From the NCBI GenBank assembly GCA_963668025.2, contig CAXXTH010000018.1, positions 384,001-448,000 of the forward strand: DNA of 64,000 nt, in the 5' to 3' direction. The stretch comes from Candidatus Hydrogenedentota bacterium (lineage in GTDB: Bacteria > Hydrogenedentota > Hydrogenedentia > Hydrogenedentales > SLHB01). The notes beneath the pieces are model-generated. The model worked only from the letters and a program-made list of their open reading frames with translations. It had not been told where the DNA came from and ran no database searches. Position numbers and translations under genes: made by a program. This document shows, piece by piece, positions 62,394 to 64,000 of this stretch (its first letter is position 1; each line of letters begins with the position of its first letter).

Positions 62394-63084
62394 ATGAATA
62401 TTCGAAGGTTTGTGATGCTGCTTGTCTTGGCGGGCGTATTGATTCCAGGAGCGGCGTTTGCCGTTGATCCCGCGTTATACCGGGCCTTTGGGCAATCCGG
62501 AAGAGCCCGCGCTGCGTCCGTATAAGTGGTTTCTGCGCGGATTCCAATCGTTTTTCTATCAGACCGGCAAAGCCTTCGTGAACGGCAATAACGATTTCCC
62601 CATTGTAGGCTCCGTGTACGCCTTCCGGGGCATGCGCGTCGGCGCGGTGGAATTGAACCGGAGCATTTGGACCGGCATGAGCGGCGCGAATCTGAAAACC
62701 ACGCCGCAATCGGGCTACAAAGAAACCGGCAAAATGAATAAAGTCATCGAACAAGACCCGCTGCTCCGCAATGTGGCGGACGCCACGGTCGTGGCGGTGT
62801 CGATGGGGGCGGCTACAGGCTCGTTATCGAGCGAATCCGCGCCGTTCATGAACAACCAGGCATGGAAATCCGCAACGGGGATCTTCGTGGCGCAGAAGGC
62901 GCTGGATCGCACCATCCCGGTGCCGGAGTGGAATGGCGAAAAGCCTCAAGCCCTGAATGAAGCCCCCGCCAGCTATGAAAAGCAGGCCAAAAAAGCCAGC
63001 AGCCCGGCGGCCCCTGAGAAAAAGCGTTCGGAGCACGGGCGCAATTTCCTCAAGGAAGTAAAACGGACAGAAACGTCCAAATAA
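62394..63084 (+). pseudogene. Hypothetical exported protein split by a +1 frameshift near 62469
   Basis: The signal peptide MNIRRFVMLLVLAGVLIPGAAFA-VDP joins RYTGPLGNPEEP if one C is removed. Confidence 0.6.
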
Positions 63085-63098
63085 CGCTATGAAAATTA

Positions 63099-63133
63099 AA
63101 CCCAGAGCCGGGCTGCATGCCTGGCTCTGGGTT
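63099..63133 (+). terminator. Stem-loop
   Basis: aacccagagccggg...cctggctctgggtt. Confidence 0.55.
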
Positions 63134-63200
63134 GTTAGAGCAGCCCGCCAAAAGGCTTCAACGCCCTTCGAGGGCAGCGCCGCAAGGATTGCCTGGCTTC

Positions 63201-64000
63201 ATGAATAGGTTTCCGCGCATTTCGTTCACCTGGACGCTCTTAGCCATTGCTCTCTTCGCGGCTTTTTTTGAACTGGGCCGTTCGGATGTCGTCACGGCGA
63301 ACGAAGGCCAGCGCACCACTCCTCCCGCAGAAATGCTCCGCTCGGGGCAGTATATCGTGCCCACCATAAATGGCGTGGACTATCTGGCCAAGCCGCCCAT
63401 GCTGTATTGGATGATCGCGGGAGTCTATAAAGCCACCGGCTCCGTATCGGAATTCGCCGCGCGCGTTCCTTCGGCGGCCAGCACCGTGTTGCTCGTGCTC
63501 TGCCTGTATTGGCTGGCCCGCCGGGAAACGAGTGAGCATGAAGCGCGCTGGGCGGCGCTGGCGCTGCTCACAGCGCCATTCCTGCTCGACCGCTCCCATT
63601 TGGCTGAAATCGATGTGGTCCTGTCGCTGGCCGTGTTTCTCTGCCTCATGGCCATGCGCGGCGCATGCCGGGCGGAATCGGCGGGGGCGCGCGCGGGGCT
63701 TGCGCTGGCGGGCGGGCTCGCAATAGGCGCGGCGACGCTGCTCAAGGGGCCGCCGCCATATCTCATGGTGTTCACCTGCTGGATAGCCATTCAAATCGTG
63801 GAAGGCCCAGATTCCTCGCAGGCGCTGCGCGCAGGTGGAAAATGGACGCTGGCCGCGTTTATCCCCCATCTGGCGATATGGCCCATCGTCATGCTCCTAA
63901 TGTATCTTCAATACGTAGCCAAACTGGATGTCACTCCGTGGCTAGATATGGCCCAATGGGCGTCGCGCACGTGGCACCGCATCGCGCTGGCCCTGTACCT
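63201..64000 (+). CDS. ArnT/PMT-family (GT-C) glycosyltransferase, partial
   Basis: Manual translation: NEGQR..EMLRSGQYIVPTING..YLAKPPMLYW..EFAARVPSA..AEID..LLKGP. Confidence 0.85.
   Translation, partial: MNRFPRISFTWTLLAIALFAAFFELGRSDVVTANEGQRTTPPAEMLRSGQYIVPTINGVDYLAKPPMLYWMIAGVYKATGSVSEFAARVPSAASTVLLVLCLYWLARRETSEHEARWAALALLTAPFLLDRSHLAEIDVVLSLAVFLCLMAMRGACRAESAGARAGLALAGGLAIGAATLLKGPPPYLMVFTCWIAIQIVEGPDSSQALRAGGKWTLAAFIPHLAIWPIVMLLMYLQYVAKLDVTPWLDMAQWASRTWHRIALALY

Noticed and set aside
1-64000. tRNA, rRNA, prophage or integron
   Set aside because: None recognised by eye; covariance-model searches were not run.

Overview
Bacterial window of moderately high GC. The DUF1559 pilin-like genes, GCP-lipobox lipoproteins and xPV/xPL-TM-KK C-terminal anchors suggest a PVC-adjacent lineage, possibly Ca. 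Hydrogenedentota; this is inferred, not verified. Contents in order: (1) partial rex with tandem Rex operators, an orphan CheD-CheR fusion and mpl. (2) A ~25 kb carbohydrate region, 3.8-28.5 kb: GH32-like, LacI, sugar ABC, GH3, two GH26-like, an alpha-galactosidase-like NPCBM protein, GH109-like, URO-D family and two paralogous AraC genes. It carries two regulator-linked cassettes of a DUF1559 pilin-like gene plus a C-terminally anchored surface protein. (3) A 1996-aa S8 protease and an IS1380-like element. (4) An operon rnfB-PFOR-rnfCDGEA behind a sigma54-type promoter. (5) A surface cluster: small leader-peptide ORF, LRR lipoprotein and two BACON/vWA lipoproteins. (6) VOC, AKR, DUF2961/GH172, PAS-GGDEF, a TM-HEPN protein, an HD hydrolase and a partial ArnT-like gene. 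Most notable are the repeated DUF1559+anchored-protein cassettes, an unnamed ~220-aa domain shared by an anchored protein and a GH26, three glycoside hydrolases lacking the canonical acid/base Glu, PFOR embedded in the Rnf operon, and the BACON/vWA/LRR/peptide cluster. Four single-base +1 frameshifts are probably sequencing indels. All calls come from reading motifs by eye; no searches were run.
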